A stretch of 64,000 bases of DNA from an uncultured Acidobacteriota bacterium (GTDB taxonomy: Bacteria > Acidobacteriota > JAQAZP01), in the NCBI GenBank assembly GCA_963836075.1, contig CAWIIB010000001.1, positions 192,001 through 256,000 of the forward strand, written 5' to 3'. Position 1 is the stretch's first letter. Every line of letters starts with the position of its first letter. Shown in pieces: positions 33,302 to 43,660 of the stretch. The notes beneath the pieces are model-generated. The model was not told the DNA's origin, searched no databases, and saw nothing but the letters and a program-made list of their open reading frames with translations. The position numbers and the translations under genes are program-made.

Positions 33302-34848
33302 CCGGGAGGGCCAGGGGAGAGGTGGTGCTGGTGGGTGGCGGACCTGGCGACCCCGGCCTGATCACCCGGAGGGGACTCGAATGCCTGCGCCGGGCCGAGG
33401 TGGTGATCTACGACCACCTGGTGGCCGAGGACCTGTTGCGCGAAGCCCCGGAGGGGGCCGAATTGATCTTTGCCGGCAAGCAGGCCGGTGGGCCCTCCAT
33501 GGACCAGGAGCAGATCAATCGCCTGCTGCTGGAGCACGCCGGGCGGGGGGCCTACGTGGTGCGCCTGAAGGGCGGCGATCCCTTCGTCTTCGGCAGGGGA
33601 GGGGAGGAGGCCCTGGCGCTCCATGAGGCCGGCATCGCCTTCTCGGTGGTTCCCGGTGTCACCTCCGCCGTGGCCGCGGCGGCCTATGCCGGAATCCCGG
33701 TGACCCATCGCGGCCTGTCCACCTCCTTCGAAGTGGTCACCGGCCACCCGGCAAAGGGCGCCGTGGCCATGGTGGACTGGGTGCGGGTGGCCAACGGGGC
33801 CGACACCCTGGCGGTGTACATGGGTGTGGGCCGGATGGCCGAGATCACCCGGATGCTGGTTGACGGCGGGCGTCCGGCGGAGATTCCGGCCGCTGTGGTG
33901 CAGTCCGGGACCACCCCGGCCCAGGTGACGGTCAGCGGCACTCTCGGGGACATCGCCCAACGGGCGAAGGATGCCGGTATCCGGCCTCCGGCGGTGCTGC
34001 TGGTGGGACTGGTCACCGGCCTGCACCAGCAGCTTGCCTGGTACGAGAAGCTGCCGCTCTTTGGCCGGCGGCTGGCCGTGCTGCGCCCGGAGGCCCAGGC
34101 GGACGAACTGGCCGGCCCGCTCACCGCCCTCGGGGCCCAGGTGGTCCGCTTTCCGGTGATGACGCTGGCCGGTCCGGAGAACAGTGAGCCGCTGTCCGGG
34201 GCCATCGCCGATCTGCAGCAGTTCCACTGGCTGCTCTTCAGCAGCCCCAACGGCGTGCGGTCGTTTTTCCGCTGTCTCTGCGAGCAGGGGAAGGACGCCC
34301 GGGACCTGGGGGGGCTGCGCGTCGGCGTGGTCGGTCCGGGAACAGCGGACGAACTGCGGCGCCACGGCCTGCGGGCCGACCTGGTTCCCACCCGTTCCGT
34401 GGCCGAACAGTTTGCCGAGGAACTTGTCAACAGCGGTGAGATGGCCGGTCGGCGGGTCCTGCTGCCCCAGGCCCGGGACGCCCGGCCGGTGCTGGCGGCA
34501 CGACTGTCCCGGGCCGGCGCCGACGTGCATGCGGTGGAGGCCTACCGCATGGTCCCCACGAAAACCGACGGCCAGTGGCTGCTGGAAGAGATCGAGCAGA
34601 AAAAGGTTCACGGACTGCTTTTCACCAGTTCCTCCACCGTGACCTACCTGCTCAGCTCCCTGGGCCTCGAAGATTTCAGCGGCATCCCCGCCAGCTGTCC
34701 GCTGATCAGTATCGGACCGATAACCACCGAGACCATCACCAGAGCCGGCGGGACGCCGGCCTTTGAAGCCGACCCGCACACCATGTCCGGGTTGGTGGAT
34801 GGGGCCGCCAATTTCCTGGGCCGACCCACAAACAGAAAAAAACAGTAA
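33298..34848 (+). CDS. cobA: Uroporphyrinogen-III C-methyltransferase / uroporphyrinogen-III synthase fusion (CobA-HemD)
   Basis: LVGGGPGDPGLIT, RLKGGDPFVFGRGGEE; HemD half with FSSPNGV, FTSSSTV, IGPIT. Confidence 0.95.
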   Translation: MTGRARGEVVLVGGGPGDPGLITRRGLECLRRAEVVIYDHLVAEDLLREAPEGAELIFAGKQAGGPSMDQEQINRLLLEHAGRGAYVVRLKGGDPFVFGRGGEEALALHEAGIAFSVVPGVTSAVAAAAYAGIPVTHRGLSTSFEVVTGHPAKGAVAMVDWVRVANGADTLAVYMGVGRMAEITRMLVDGGRPAEIPAAVVQSGTTPAQVTVSGTLGDIAQRAKDAGIRPPAVLLVGLVTGLHQQLAWYEKLPLFGRRLAVLRPEAQADELAGPLTALGAQVVRFPVMTLAGPENSEPLSGAIADLQQFHWLLFSSPNGVRSFFRCLCEQGKDARDLGGLRVGVVGPGTADELRRHGLRADLVPTRSVAEQFAEELVNSGEMAGRRVLLPQARDARPVLAARLSRAGADVHAVEAYRMVPTKTDGQWLLEEIEQKKVHGLLFTSSSTVTYLLSSLGLEDFSGIPASCPLISIGPITTETITRAGGTPAFEADPHTMSGLVDGAANFLGRPTNRKKQ

Positions 34849-34860
34849 GGAGTAGGAGCC

Positions 34861-35835
34861 ATGGCTTTTCCTGATATTCGTATGAGAAGGATGAGAAGAA
34901 CCGAACGGCTGCGCGGGTTGGCCTGCGAGACCGTTCTGCACCCGGCTGACTTCATCTACCCCCTTTTCGTCTGTCCCGGAAAAGGCGTGAAGAACGAGAT
35001 CTCCTCCATGCCCGGGTGCTACCAGATGTCGGCGGACATGATCGCCAGGGAGTGCGAGGAGATCGACGAGCTGGGTATCTCCGGGGTGATTCTTTTTGGT
35101 ATCCCCAGCAAGAAGGACGCGGTGGGCTCGGAGGGCTACGCCGCCGATGGCGTGGTGCCCACGGCCATCCGGCAGATCCGCGACCGGGTTCCCGGCCTGC
35201 TGATCGTGGCCGATGTCTGCATGTGCGAGTACACCGACCACGGGCACTGCGGGATCATCAAGGACGGGGGAGTGGACAACGACTCCACCCTGGACCTGCT
35301 GGCCCGGGCTTCGCTCTGCTATGCCGAGGCCGGGGCCGACGTGGTGGCCCCTTCGGACATGATGGACGGCCGGGTGGCGCGTATCCGGAAGGTGCTGGAC
35401 GAATCGGGGAAAGAGGAGACGGTGATCCTCTCCTACGCCGTGAAATACGCATCGGCTTTCTACGGCCCGTTCCGCGAGGCCGCCGAATCGGCGCCGCAGT
35501 TCGGCGACCGCCGGGCCTACCAGATGGACCCGCCAAACGTGCGGGAAGCCCTGCGCGAGGCGGCGCTGGATGTTGATGAGGGGGCGGACATGATTATGGT
35601 CAAGCCGGCGCTGCCCTATCTCGACGTGCTGCAGCGGGTGAAGCAGGAATCTCCGGTTCCGGTGGGCGCCTACAATGTCTCCGGAGAGTTCTCCATGATC
35701 CATGCCGCGGCGGAGCGGGGCTGGCTCGACCTGAAGAAGACCTCCCAGGAGAGCCTGATTTCGATCAAGCGGGCCGGTGCTGACTTCATTCTGACCTATT
35801 TTGCCAAGGACGTGGCGCGGGACCTGCGATCCTAG
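34861..35835 (+). CDS. hemB: Porphobilinogen synthase
   Basis: [28 protein letters not shown]. Confidence 0.98.
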   Translation: MAFPDIRMRRMRRTERLRGLACETVLHPADFIYPLFVCPGKGVKNEISSMPGCYQMSADMIARECEEIDELGISGVILFGIPSKKDAVGSEGYAADGVVPTAIRQIRDRVPGLLIVADVCMCEYTDHGHCGIIKDGGVDNDSTLDLLARASLCYAEAGADVVAPSDMMDGRVARIRKVLDESGKEETVILSYAVKYASAFYGPFREAAESAPQFGDRRAYQMDPPNVREALREAALDVDEGADMIMVKPALPYLDVLQRVKQESPVPVGAYNVSGEFSMIHAAAERGWLDLKKTSQESLISIKRAGADFILTYFAKDVARDLRS

Positions 35836-35864
35836 TGCACGCAGGGACAACAGGGGGTGGACCG

Positions 35865-37172
35865 ATGTCCGGATTGAACCTCGAAAAGAGCCGGCGGCTC
35901 TTCGAACAGAGCGGAAAACGGATCCCCGGCGGGGTCGAATTCTCCGGTTCGCGCTTTCCGTTCGGTGGGCGGTACGCCGCCATTCATCAGCCGGGGCAGC
36001 GGTGCCCGGATCTGGGACGTGGACGGCAACGAGTATGTGGACCATGTCTGTTCCTGGGGGCCGCTGCTCTTTGGTCACGCCCACCCGGCAATCCTCGAGG
36101 CGGTGAACCGCGCCGCCGCTCGGGGCACGACCTTCGGCGCCCCCACCGAGGCGCGAGTTCAGGCTGGCCGAGGCGATCCACCGCTTTGTTCCTTCGATGG
36201 AAATGGTGCGTCTGGTCAGTTCGGGCACCGAAGCCACCATGAGCGCGGTGCGGCTGGCCCGCGGGTTCACCGGCCGCGAGGCGGTGATCAAGTTCAACGG
36301 CTGTTACCACGGGCATTCGGACGGCTTTCTGGTGCAGGCCGGATCCGGGGCCACCACCCTGGGCAGTCCGGACAGCCCGGGGGTGATACCGGGAACGGTG
36401 GCTGCCACGCTCCAGGTTCCGTTCAACGACCTGGAGGCGGTGGAGGAGGTGGCGCACGAGCACAGCGACCGGCTGGCCGCGGTGATCGTGGAACCGGTGG
36501 CCGGGAATATGGGAGTGATCCCCCCGAGCCCCGGCTTTCTCGCCGGTTTGCGGAAGCTGTGCGACCGCCACGGTGCCCTGCTGATCTTTGACGAGGTGAT
36601 CACCGGGTTCCGCCTGGCCCGGGGCGGGGCCCAGGAACTGTTCGGCATCCGGCCCGACCTGACCACCCTGGGCAAGATCCTCGGCGGCGGCCTGCCCCTG
36701 GGAGCCTTTGGCGGCCGTGCGGAGGTGATGGATGCCCTGGCCCCCACCGGGCCGGTGTACCAGGCCGGGACCCTGTCCGGCAACCCGGTGGCCGTGGCTG
36801 CCGGTCTGGCCGCCCTGGGTTTGATCGAGGACGATCCGGACCTCTACCACCGCCTGGAGCGCACCACCGGCCGCGCTGGTGGAGGAACTGCAGCGGCTGG
36901 CCGCCGAAAAGGGTGTTCCCATCCGTTACCAGAGGGTGGGATCGATGTTTACCCATTTTTTCACCGGCGAGGAGCGGGTGGCCAATTACGAGGACGCCAC
37001 CGCCTGCGACACCGGCGCCTTCCGGCGCTACTTCGGCGCCATGCTGGAACGGGGTGTCTACCTCGCCCCGTCGGCCTTCGAAGCCGCCTTTGTCTCGGCG
37101 GTCCACCTGGACAGCGACCTGGAGCAGACCGTCGAAGCTCACCGGGCCGTCCTGGACCTGCTGCCGGACTGA
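35865..37172 (+). CDS. hemL: Glutamate-1-semialdehyde 2,1-aminomutase; three apparent +1 frameshifts
   Basis: [55 protein letters not shown] spread over consecutive frames; shifts near 35937, 36153 and 36870. Confidence 0.92.
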
Positions 37173-37225
37173 ACCGCGACCGGCGCCGGCAGGCGCCCGC
37201 CGCACGCATTGGTGGAGGAACTGAC

Positions 37226-37711
37226 ATGGATCTCCAGGCCCGGGACCTGATGGTCAGCGAATTCGATACTGTCTCTCCGGACGCGCCGCTGGCCGATGCG
37301 GTGCGATTGATGCGCAACCCGGTGAAGGGCGGCGCCGTGCGGCGGGTGTTCGGACTGATGGTGGTGGACGAAAATGACGCGCTGGTGGGCATGATCTCCA
37401 TGTTTGACGTGCTGTTCCACTTCGACATGATGTTTCACCTGGAGGAGACTCCGGACGGGGGGCCGGCCGGGGAGGCTCAATTGGAAGAGGCATTCCACCG
37501 CGCCTGCGAAAAGGCCGGACCGATGAAGGTGGAGGACCTGATGACCAGGACCCTGGTCAAGGTTGACGAACAGGCCCACATCACTGATATCATCGACATC
37601 CTGATCAAGACCCGGCACCGCCGCCTGCCGGTCTGTCGGGGAAACACCATTTGCGGTGTGATTTACATCTCCGACGTCTTTTACGAAATCTACAAGAACC
37701 TGCTTGGCTGA
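37226..37711 (+). CDS. CBS domain protein
   Basis: Own GGAGG RBS; ARDLM...VFGLMVVD...GMISMFD...KVEDLM CBS pair. Confidence 0.85.
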   Translation: MDLQARDLMVSEFDTVSPDAPLADAVRLMRNPVKGGAVRRVFGLMVVDENDALVGMISMFDVLFHFDMMFHLEETPDGGPAGEAQLEEAFHRACEKAGPMKVEDLMTRTLVKVDEQAHITDIIDILIKTRHRRLPVCRGNTICGVIYISDVFYEIYKNLLG

Positions 37712-37829
37712 TCTGGCAGCCATTGGCAGGGTGGATCAATCCTTCTCGCCTTAAAAAACTACTGAAAAGATGGAGCTTACCGGCCCTGTCATGGGACGGT
37801 GCGGATTACCCGGTCCCTTTGCGCGTCTC

Positions 37830-37891
37830 TTGACAGCGGCGGAGGCGATGTGGCATAAACTGATGCATTCGATGTTGCGTTTTGTGTTGGA
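37830..37891 (+). promoter_or_regulatory. sigma70 promoter of dsrTMKJOP overlapped by four 12-bp-phased TGTTGCA-like boxes
   Basis: TTGACA at 37830, TGg-CATAAA at 37854 (N18); boxes ATGTGGCA 37848, CTGATGCA 37860, ATGTTGCG 37872, GTGTTGGA 37884. Confidence 0.6.
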
Positions 37892-37968
37892 TCGGATGAA
37901 TGGAATGTCGGCCGCCATCTTGAGGATTGAATGAACGTCTCCGTGGCAGGGGGAGGACGCAACAGACA

Positions 37969-38559
37969 ATGCTGACTGAACTCCTGCGCAGGAAGCGGTC
38001 ACGGATCCTTGCCGACTGGACCGAGATCATCTTCCGCAACTACCCCGAGCAGACCGCCACCTTTATGCGTGAACAGAAAGACCGGTTCAACAATCCGGTG
38101 GGCTATGCCGTTTCCCGCGAGGTGCCCCGGTTCCTCGACCTGCTCATCGAAGGCGCCGAACCCGGGGAGTCGGCCGCCGCCATCGACCGTTTTCTCCAGA
38201 TCAGGTCAGTGCAGGAATCCCGGGCTTCCCTGGCGCTTTCCTTCATTTTCGAGCTCAAGCAGGTGATCCGGGCGCAGACGGCCGGGGATCCCCGCTATCT
38301 CGAGGAGTTGGACAGACTGGACACCGCAATTGATCGCATCGGTCTTGCGGCCTGCGACATCTACCAGGGATACCGGGAAAAAATTCTGGAAATCAAGGCC
38401 AACGAGATCCGCAACCGCTCGAAACTGCTGCTGGAGCGGATGAACATGTCTTACGGAGATGAACCGGGCGGAGCGGGTTGCTGCGCACCGGAGGATATTC
38501 CCGTCGAACCAGCGACCGACAAAGACGCTGGCGAACTCAAGGGAGGAAACGATAGATGA
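37969..38559 (+). CDS. dsrT: DsrT (RsbRD N-terminal domain protein)
   Basis: W...YP...F...KDRFNNPVG, IRSVQE, FIFELK; immediately upstream of dsrM. Confidence 0.9.
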   Translation: MLTELLRRKRSRILADWTEIIFRNYPEQTATFMREQKDRFNNPVGYAVSREVPRFLDLLIEGAEPGESAAAIDRFLQIRSVQESRASLALSFIFELKQVIRAQTAGDPRYLEELDRLDTAIDRIGLAACDIYQGYREKILEIKANEIRNRSKLLLERMNMSYGDEPGGAGCCAPEDIPVEPATDKDAGELKGGNDR

Positions 38560-39557
38560 ACGTCTTGTACCCCCTTATCGCAATCATCCTGCTGGTCGTG
38601 ATTGCCACGGTGGGGGCGGGAACCGCCGGCCTGGACACGCTGTTCGGGGTCTATATCCCGTACCTGGCACTGGCGGTATTTCTGGTCGGGGTGACCTGGC
38701 GGGTCGTGCGCTGGGCCCGGGCGCCGGTGCCGTTCCGCATCACCACCACCTGCGGTCAGGCCAAGTCACTCCCCTGGCTGAAGAACAACCCGCTGGACTG
38801 CCCGGACAACGGCTGGGGCGTGGTGGGGCGGATGCTGCTGGAGGTGCTCTTCTTCCGCAGCCTCTTCCGCAACACCAAGGCCGAGCTGCGCCGTGAGCCG
38901 AAAACACGGCTGCTCTACGGGTCGGACAAGTTTCTCTGGGCCGGGTCGCTGGCCTTCCACTGGGCTTTCCTGATCATACTCCTGCGGCACTTCCGATTTT
39001 TTACCGAACCCACGCCCGCCTTTGTCGGCTGGCTGCAGATGTTTGACGGGTTCTTCCAGATTGGTGCGCCGGTGTTCCTGATGACCGACATGGTGATCCT
39101 GGCCGCGCTGTCCTATCTTTTCTTCCGCCGAATCCTCGACCCGAAGCTGCGCTACATCTCACTGCCCGCCGATTACTTCGCGCTCTTTCTCATCGCCGGG
39201 ATAGCCATCACCGGCGTGCTGATGCGCTACACCGTGGCCAAGGGCGACCTGCTGGCGGTGAAGCAGCTGGCTCTGGGTCTGTTCAGCTTCAGCCCGGTGG
39301 TCCCCCCGGGGATCAGCACCGTCTTCTTCGTCCACTTCTTCCTGGTCTGTGTACTGCTGGTCTACTTCCCGGCCAGCAAACTGATGCACATGGGCGGCGT
39401 TTTCCTCAGCCCCACCAGGAACCTGGCCAACAACAACCGGGCGAAACGGCATATCAACCCCTGGAACCCCGAGGTCAAGGTCCACACCTACGAGGAGTGG
39501 GAGGACGATTTCCGGGAGAAGATGAAGGGCTGCGGACTGCCTTTGGAGAGGGAGTGA
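38556..39557 (+). CDS. dsrM: DsrM cytochrome b subunit
   Basis: PVPFRITTTCGQAKSL, FHWAFL, LRHFRFF, SKLMHMGGVFLSPTRN. Confidence 0.96.
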   Translation: MNVLYPLIAIILLVVIATVGAGTAGLDTLFGVYIPYLALAVFLVGVTWRVVRWARAPVPFRITTTCGQAKSLPWLKNNPLDCPDNGWGVVGRMLLEVLFFRSLFRNTKAELRREPKTRLLYGSDKFLWAGSLAFHWAFLIILLRHFRFFTEPTPAFVGWLQMFDGFFQIGAPVFLMTDMVILAALSYLFFRRILDPKLRYISLPADYFALFLIAGIAITGVLMRYTVAKGDLLAVKQLALGLFSFSPVVPPGISTVFFVHFFLVCVLLVYFPASKLMHMGGVFLSPTRNLANNNRAKRHINPWNPEVKVHTYEEWEDDFREKMKGCGLPLERE

Positions 39558-39559
39558 CG

Positions 39560-41194
39560 ATGTCAGAACCTGAATACAAAATCGAAGACATAGCCCGTAT
39601 CGACTACCGCCCGCCGAAGAAGGGCTGGATGGAGTCCGGCGCCGATTTCCGGGTAGGCACCTGGTGTTACAGCGCCAACGAGGAGAAGTGCCGCTATCTC
39701 GACCTGCCCTTCCCGCACACCTGGTCGCCGTCCGACGAGGACTGGAAGCTGCCCCCGAACTGGAAGGAAATCATCCTCACCGCCCTGAGGGAGCGCAAGG
39801 AGAAATACCGTTCCTTCCAGCTGTTCATGGAGATCTGCGTCAGGTGCGGGGCCTGTGCCGACAAGTGCCACTACTTCATCGGCAGCGGCGACCCGAAGAA
39901 CATGCCGGTGCTCCGCGGCGAGCTGCTGCGCTCGGTCTACCGCAAGGAGTTCACCACCTCGGGCAAACTGCTGGGCAAATTCGCCGGCGCCCGAGAGCTC
40001 ACCGAGGACGTAATCAAGGAGTGGTTCTACTACTTCTACCAGTGCACCGAGTGCCGGCGCTGTTCAGTCTTCTGCCCCTACGGCATCGACACCGCAGAGG
40101 TGACCATGCAGGGGCGGGAGCTGCTGGCCGAGATCGGGCTGGGGATAAACTGGATCAACGAGCCGGCGGCCAACTGCTTCCGCACCGGCAACCACCTGGG
40201 GATCCAGCCCCACGCCTTTGTGGACAGCTTCGAGTTTGCGGTGGAAGACCTTGAGGACGTCACCGGGGTCAAGGTCGAGGCGCCGATCAACCGCAAGGGC
40301 GCCGAGATCCTGGTGGTGCCGCCCTCGGCCGACTACTTCGCTCACCCGCACTACTTCACCTTCCTCGGCTACCTGGCGCTGTTCCACGAGATCGGCCTGG
40401 ACTACACCTGGAGCGCTTACACCTCCGAGGGCGGGAACTTCGGCCTCTTCCACTCGCGGGAGATGATCAAGCGGCTCAATGCCAAGGTCTACGCCGAAGC
40501 CAAACGGCTGGGGGTCAAGTGGATTCTGGGCTGCGAGTGCGGCCACATGTGGCGGGTGATGCACCAGTACATGAACACGATGAACGGCCCGGCCGACTTC
40601 CTCGAGCAGCCGGTGTCGCCGATCACCGGGACCCGCTTCGGCAATGCCGCCTCGACCAAGATGGTGCACATCACCGAATTCACCGCGGACCTGATCCGCC
40701 ACAACAAGATCAAGCTGGACAAGAGCCGCAACGACCACATCCGGGCCACCTTCCACGACTCCTGCAACCCGGCCCGGGCCATGGGGCTGATCGATGAGCC
40801 GCGCTACGTGATCAACAACGTGTGCAACAACTTTTTCGAGATGCCGGACAACACCATCCGCGAGCAGACGTTCTGCTGCGGGTCGGGGGCCGGTCTGGGC
40901 ACCGACGAAAACATGGAGATGCGGCTGCGCGGCGGCATGCCGCGGGCCAACGCGGTGGAGTTCGTCAGGGACAAACACGGCGTGAACCACCTGCTCTGCA
41001 TCTGCGCCATCGACAAGGCCACCCTGCCGCCGCTGCTCGATTTCTGGGTGCCGGGGATCGAGGTGGCCGGAGTTCACGAGATGGTGGGCAACGCCCTGAT
41101 CATGGAGGGCTCCAATGACCGGAGCACCGACCTCCGCGGGGAGCCGTTGCCCCAGCTGGCCGCCACGGCGGAAGACAAGGGGGGTGACGACTAA
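39560..41194 (+). CDS. dsrK: DsrK Fe-S catalytic subunit
   Basis: CVRCGACADKC, CTECRRCSVFCP, ECGHMWR, HDSCN, CCGSG, CAID. Confidence 0.96.
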   Translation: MSEPEYKIEDIARIDYRPPKKGWMESGADFRVGTWCYSANEEKCRYLDLPFPHTWSPSDEDWKLPPNWKEIILTALRERKEKYRSFQLFMEICVRCGACADKCHYFIGSGDPKNMPVLRGELLRSVYRKEFTTSGKLLGKFAGARELTEDVIKEWFYYFYQCTECRRCSVFCPYGIDTAEVTMQGRELLAEIGLGINWINEPAANCFRTGNHLGIQPHAFVDSFEFAVEDLEDVTGVKVEAPINRKGAEILVVPPSADYFAHPHYFTFLGYLALFHEIGLDYTWSAYTSEGGNFGLFHSREMIKRLNAKVYAEAKRLGVKWILGCECGHMWRVMHQYMNTMNGPADFLEQPVSPITGTRFGNAASTKMVHITEFTADLIRHNKIKLDKSRNDHIRATFHDSCNPARAMGLIDEPRYVINNVCNNFFEMPDNTIREQTFCCGSGAGLGTDENMEMRLRGGMPRANAVEFVRDKHGVNHLLCICAIDKATLPPLLDFWVPGIEVAGVHEMVGNALIMEGSNDRSTDLRGEPLPQLAATAEDKGGDD

Positions 41195-41577
41195 TGTACG
41201 ACGCTGGGAAAATCATCACCGGTCTGGTTGTCTTTCTGCTGCTGGTCACCTCGCCTGTCTGGTACAACCTGGCCAGCGGCCACTCGGCCGACGTGCCCGA
41301 GCTGGCCAAACCGGCCAACGCCGAGAACTGCGTGGCCGAAACCAGCTACATGCGGGCGGCGCACATGAACCTGCTCAATGATTGGCGCGAACAGGTGGTG
41401 CGCAACGAGAAGCGGGTCTTCGTCAGCGAGGACGGCACCGAGCACGAGATGAGCCTGACCAACACCTGCCTCGACTGCCACAAGGACAAATCGGCGTTCT
41501 GCGACCGCTGTCACGACTACACCATGGTCGATCCCTACTGCTGGGGCTGCCATATCGTGCCGGGAGGGGACAACTGA
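41194..41577 (+). CDS. dsrJ: DsrJ triheme cytochrome c
   Basis: N-terminal anchor; CLDCH, CDRCH, CWGCH; conserved NCV...MRAAHM. Confidence 0.95.
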   Translation: MYDAGKIITGLVVFLLLVTSPVWYNLASGHSADVPELAKPANAENCVAETSYMRAAHMNLLNDWREQVVRNEKRVFVSEDGTEHEMSLTNTCLDCHKDKSAFCDRCHDYTMVDPYCWGCHIVPGGDN

Positions 41578-42347
41578 TGGCTGTAGACCGAAGAGACTTT
41601 ATTAAAATGGCCGGGATCGGTGCCGCCCTGGGGCTGGCAGCGAAGACTCAGGCCGGTACGCTGACCAGGGAGGTCGGCAGTTACCGGGCCGGCGCGAAGG
41701 AGCGTACCGCGAAACGCTGGGCCATGGTGGTCGACCTGCGAAAAATCAGCGAGGAGACCATCGACCGCTGTGCCCGGGCCTGCCACGCGGCGCACAACGT
41801 TCCCGATTTCGGCAATCCCAAGGACGAGGTCAAGTGGATCTGGGGCGAGCCGTATCACAATGCCTTCCCGGCCCAGGAGAACCACCACACCAAGGAAGAT
41901 CTGGCGCACATCATGGTCCCGGTGCTCTGCAACCACTGCGACAACCCGCCCTGTGTGCGGGTCTGCCCCACGCAGGCCACCTGGCGCCGCGAGGACGGGA
42001 TCGTGATGATGGACTGGCACCGCTGTATCGGCTGTCGCTACTGCATCACCGCCTGCCCCTACGGGTCGCGGAGCTTCAACTGGCGTGACCCCCGGCCGCA
42101 TATCGAGAACATTGACCAGTCGTTTCCCACCCGTACCAGGGGTGTGGTGGAGAAGTGCACCTTCTGCAACGAGCGGCTGGCTCGCGGCGAGCAACCGGCA
42201 TGCGTCGAGGCCTGCGAACAGCGGGAGCTGGTGTTCGGCGACCTCGAGGACCCGCATTCCGAGGTGCGTGAGCTGCTGGCGGAGAACTTCACCATCAGGC
42301 GCAAGACGGGCCTTGGAACGCAACCCGAAATTTACTATATCGTGTAG
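41577..42347 (+). CDS. dsrO: DsrO periplasmic Fe-S protein
   Basis: Tat motif DRRDFIK; CNHCDNPPCVRVCP, CIGCRYCITACP, KCTFC. Confidence 0.95.
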   Translation: MAVDRRDFIKMAGIGAALGLAAKTQAGTLTREVGSYRAGAKERTAKRWAMVVDLRKISEETIDRCARACHAAHNVPDFGNPKDEVKWIWGEPYHNAFPAQENHHTKEDLAHIMVPVLCNHCDNPPCVRVCPTQATWRREDGIVMMDWHRCIGCRYCITACPYGSRSFNWRDPRPHIENIDQSFPTRTRGVVEKCTFCNERLARGEQPACVEACEQRELVFGDLEDPHSEVRELLAENFTIRRKTGLGTQPEIYYIV

Positions 42348-42356
42348 GGGCAGCAC

Positions 42357-43514
42357 ATGTTAGAAAATGCACTCTATGGTAGCCGGAAGTACTGGGGATG
42401 GATCTTTGGCCTCCTCACGGTGATGGCGGTGGGGGCCGTCTGCTACATCTGGCAGTACAACGTGGGCCTGGGCATCACCGGGCTGAGCCGGGACGTCTCC
42501 TGGGGCTTTTACATCGCCCAGTTCACCTTCCTGGTGGGTGTCGCCGCCTCGGCGGTGATGGTGGTCCTGCCATACTATCTCCACAACTACAAGGCCTTTG
42601 CCAAGATCACCATCCTTGGCGAATTCCTCGCCATATCCGCGGTGAGCATGTGTGTCATGTTCATCTTCGTCGACATGGGTCAGCCGTTCCGGCTGATCAA
42701 CATGTTCCTCCATCCCAGCCCGAAATCGATGATGCTCTGGGACACGGTGGCGCTCAACGGCTACCTGCTGCTCAACGTGCTCATTTCCTATGTCACCCTG
42801 CGGGCCGAGCGCAAATCGGTTGCCCCGCCCGGCTGGATCAAACCGGTGATCATCCTCTCCATTCCCTGGGCGGTGAGCATCCACACCGTCACCGCGTTCC
42901 TTTACAGCGGTCTGGGCGGGCGGCCCTTCTGGTTCACCGCCATCCTGGCCCCGCGCTTTCTGGCCTCGGCCTTTGCCTCCGGTCCTGCCCTGCTGATCAT
43001 TGTCTGCCTGCTGCTCAAGCGGTTGACCCGTTTCGATGCCGGAAAGGAGCCGATCCAGAAACTGGCGATCATCGCCGCCTATGCCATGTCACTCAATGTT
43101 TTCTTCATCGCCCTGGAGTTCTTCACCGCATTCTACAGCGGCAACCCCGAGCACACCGTTCACCTGCGCTATCTCTACTTCGGGGTGGGCGGCGGCTCCA
43201 ACCTGGTGCTTTTCATGTGGGTCTCCACGGCGCTGGCCCTGGTGGCACTGGTGCTGCTGCTGGTGCCCGAGTTGCGGAAGAACGAAAAGATCCTCACCTG
43301 GGCCTGCATCGGCGTGTTCATCTCCATCTGGATCGACAAGGGGATGGGGATGGTGGTGGGCGGCTTCGTGCCCAACCCGTTGGGCAAGGTCATCGAATAT
43401 ACCCCCACGCTGCCCGAGCTGCTGATCTCGGCTTCGATTTACGCCACCGGGATGCTGATCATCACCGTGCTGTACAAGATTGCGCTCTCGGTGCGCGGGC
43501 AACTGAAATACTGA
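42357..43514 (+). CDS. dsrP: DsrP (NrfD family) membrane subunit
   Basis: GLGITGLSRDVSWG, SIHTVTAF, APRFLASAF, WIDKG. Confidence 0.95.
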   Translation: MLENALYGSRKYWGWIFGLLTVMAVGAVCYIWQYNVGLGITGLSRDVSWGFYIAQFTFLVGVAASAVMVVLPYYLHNYKAFAKITILGEFLAISAVSMCVMFIFVDMGQPFRLINMFLHPSPKSMMLWDTVALNGYLLLNVLISYVTLRAERKSVAPPGWIKPVIILSIPWAVSIHTVTAFLYSGLGGRPFWFTAILAPRFLASAFASGPALLIIVCLLLKRLTRFDAGKEPIQKLAIIAAYAMSLNVFFIALEFFTAFYSGNPEHTVHLRYLYFGVGGGSNLVLFMWVSTALALVALVLLLVPELRKNEKILTWACIGVFISIWIDKGMGMVVGGFVPNPLGKVIEYTPTLPELLISASIYATGMLIITVLYKIALSVRGQLKY

Positions 43515-43520
43515 CCGCTG

Positions 43521-43555
43521 GGGGAGGGGAGGGGCCGGTCCGGCCGCCCCCCTTT
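43521..43555 (+). terminator. GC-rich hairpin after dsrP
   Basis: GGGGAGGGGCCGG-T-CCGGCCGCCCCCC followed by TTT. Confidence 0.45.
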
Positions 43556-43660
43556 CGCAGTTCGGGTTTCCCCCTATTCACGCAGGGAATCCCTAGATAT
43601 GTTATCTATTATGTGCGAACAGTAAACACTGGAACGGCAGTACTGGAGGACAGGGAAAAC

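Noticed and set aside
33103-36297. 1064-aa minus-strand ORF (also 23557..26010 +, 47154..49133 -, 55048..56982 -, 5..1021 +)
   Set aside because: Antisense shadows of well-supported genes in high-GC DNA; no recognisable motifs.
36197-37711. Apparent HemL-CBS fusion
   Set aside because: Created by a +1 frameshift near 36870. HemL ends at 37172 in another frame and the CBS gene has its own RBS and ATG at 37226.
37851-37867. Possible sigma54 -24/-12 promoter TGGCA...ATGCA before dsrT
   Set aside because: GG to GC spacing is 11 nt, not the required 10.
40990-41020. DsrK CAID in place of CxxC as an inactivating change
   Set aside because: As I recall, Asp at this position is normal in DsrK of sulfate reducers.
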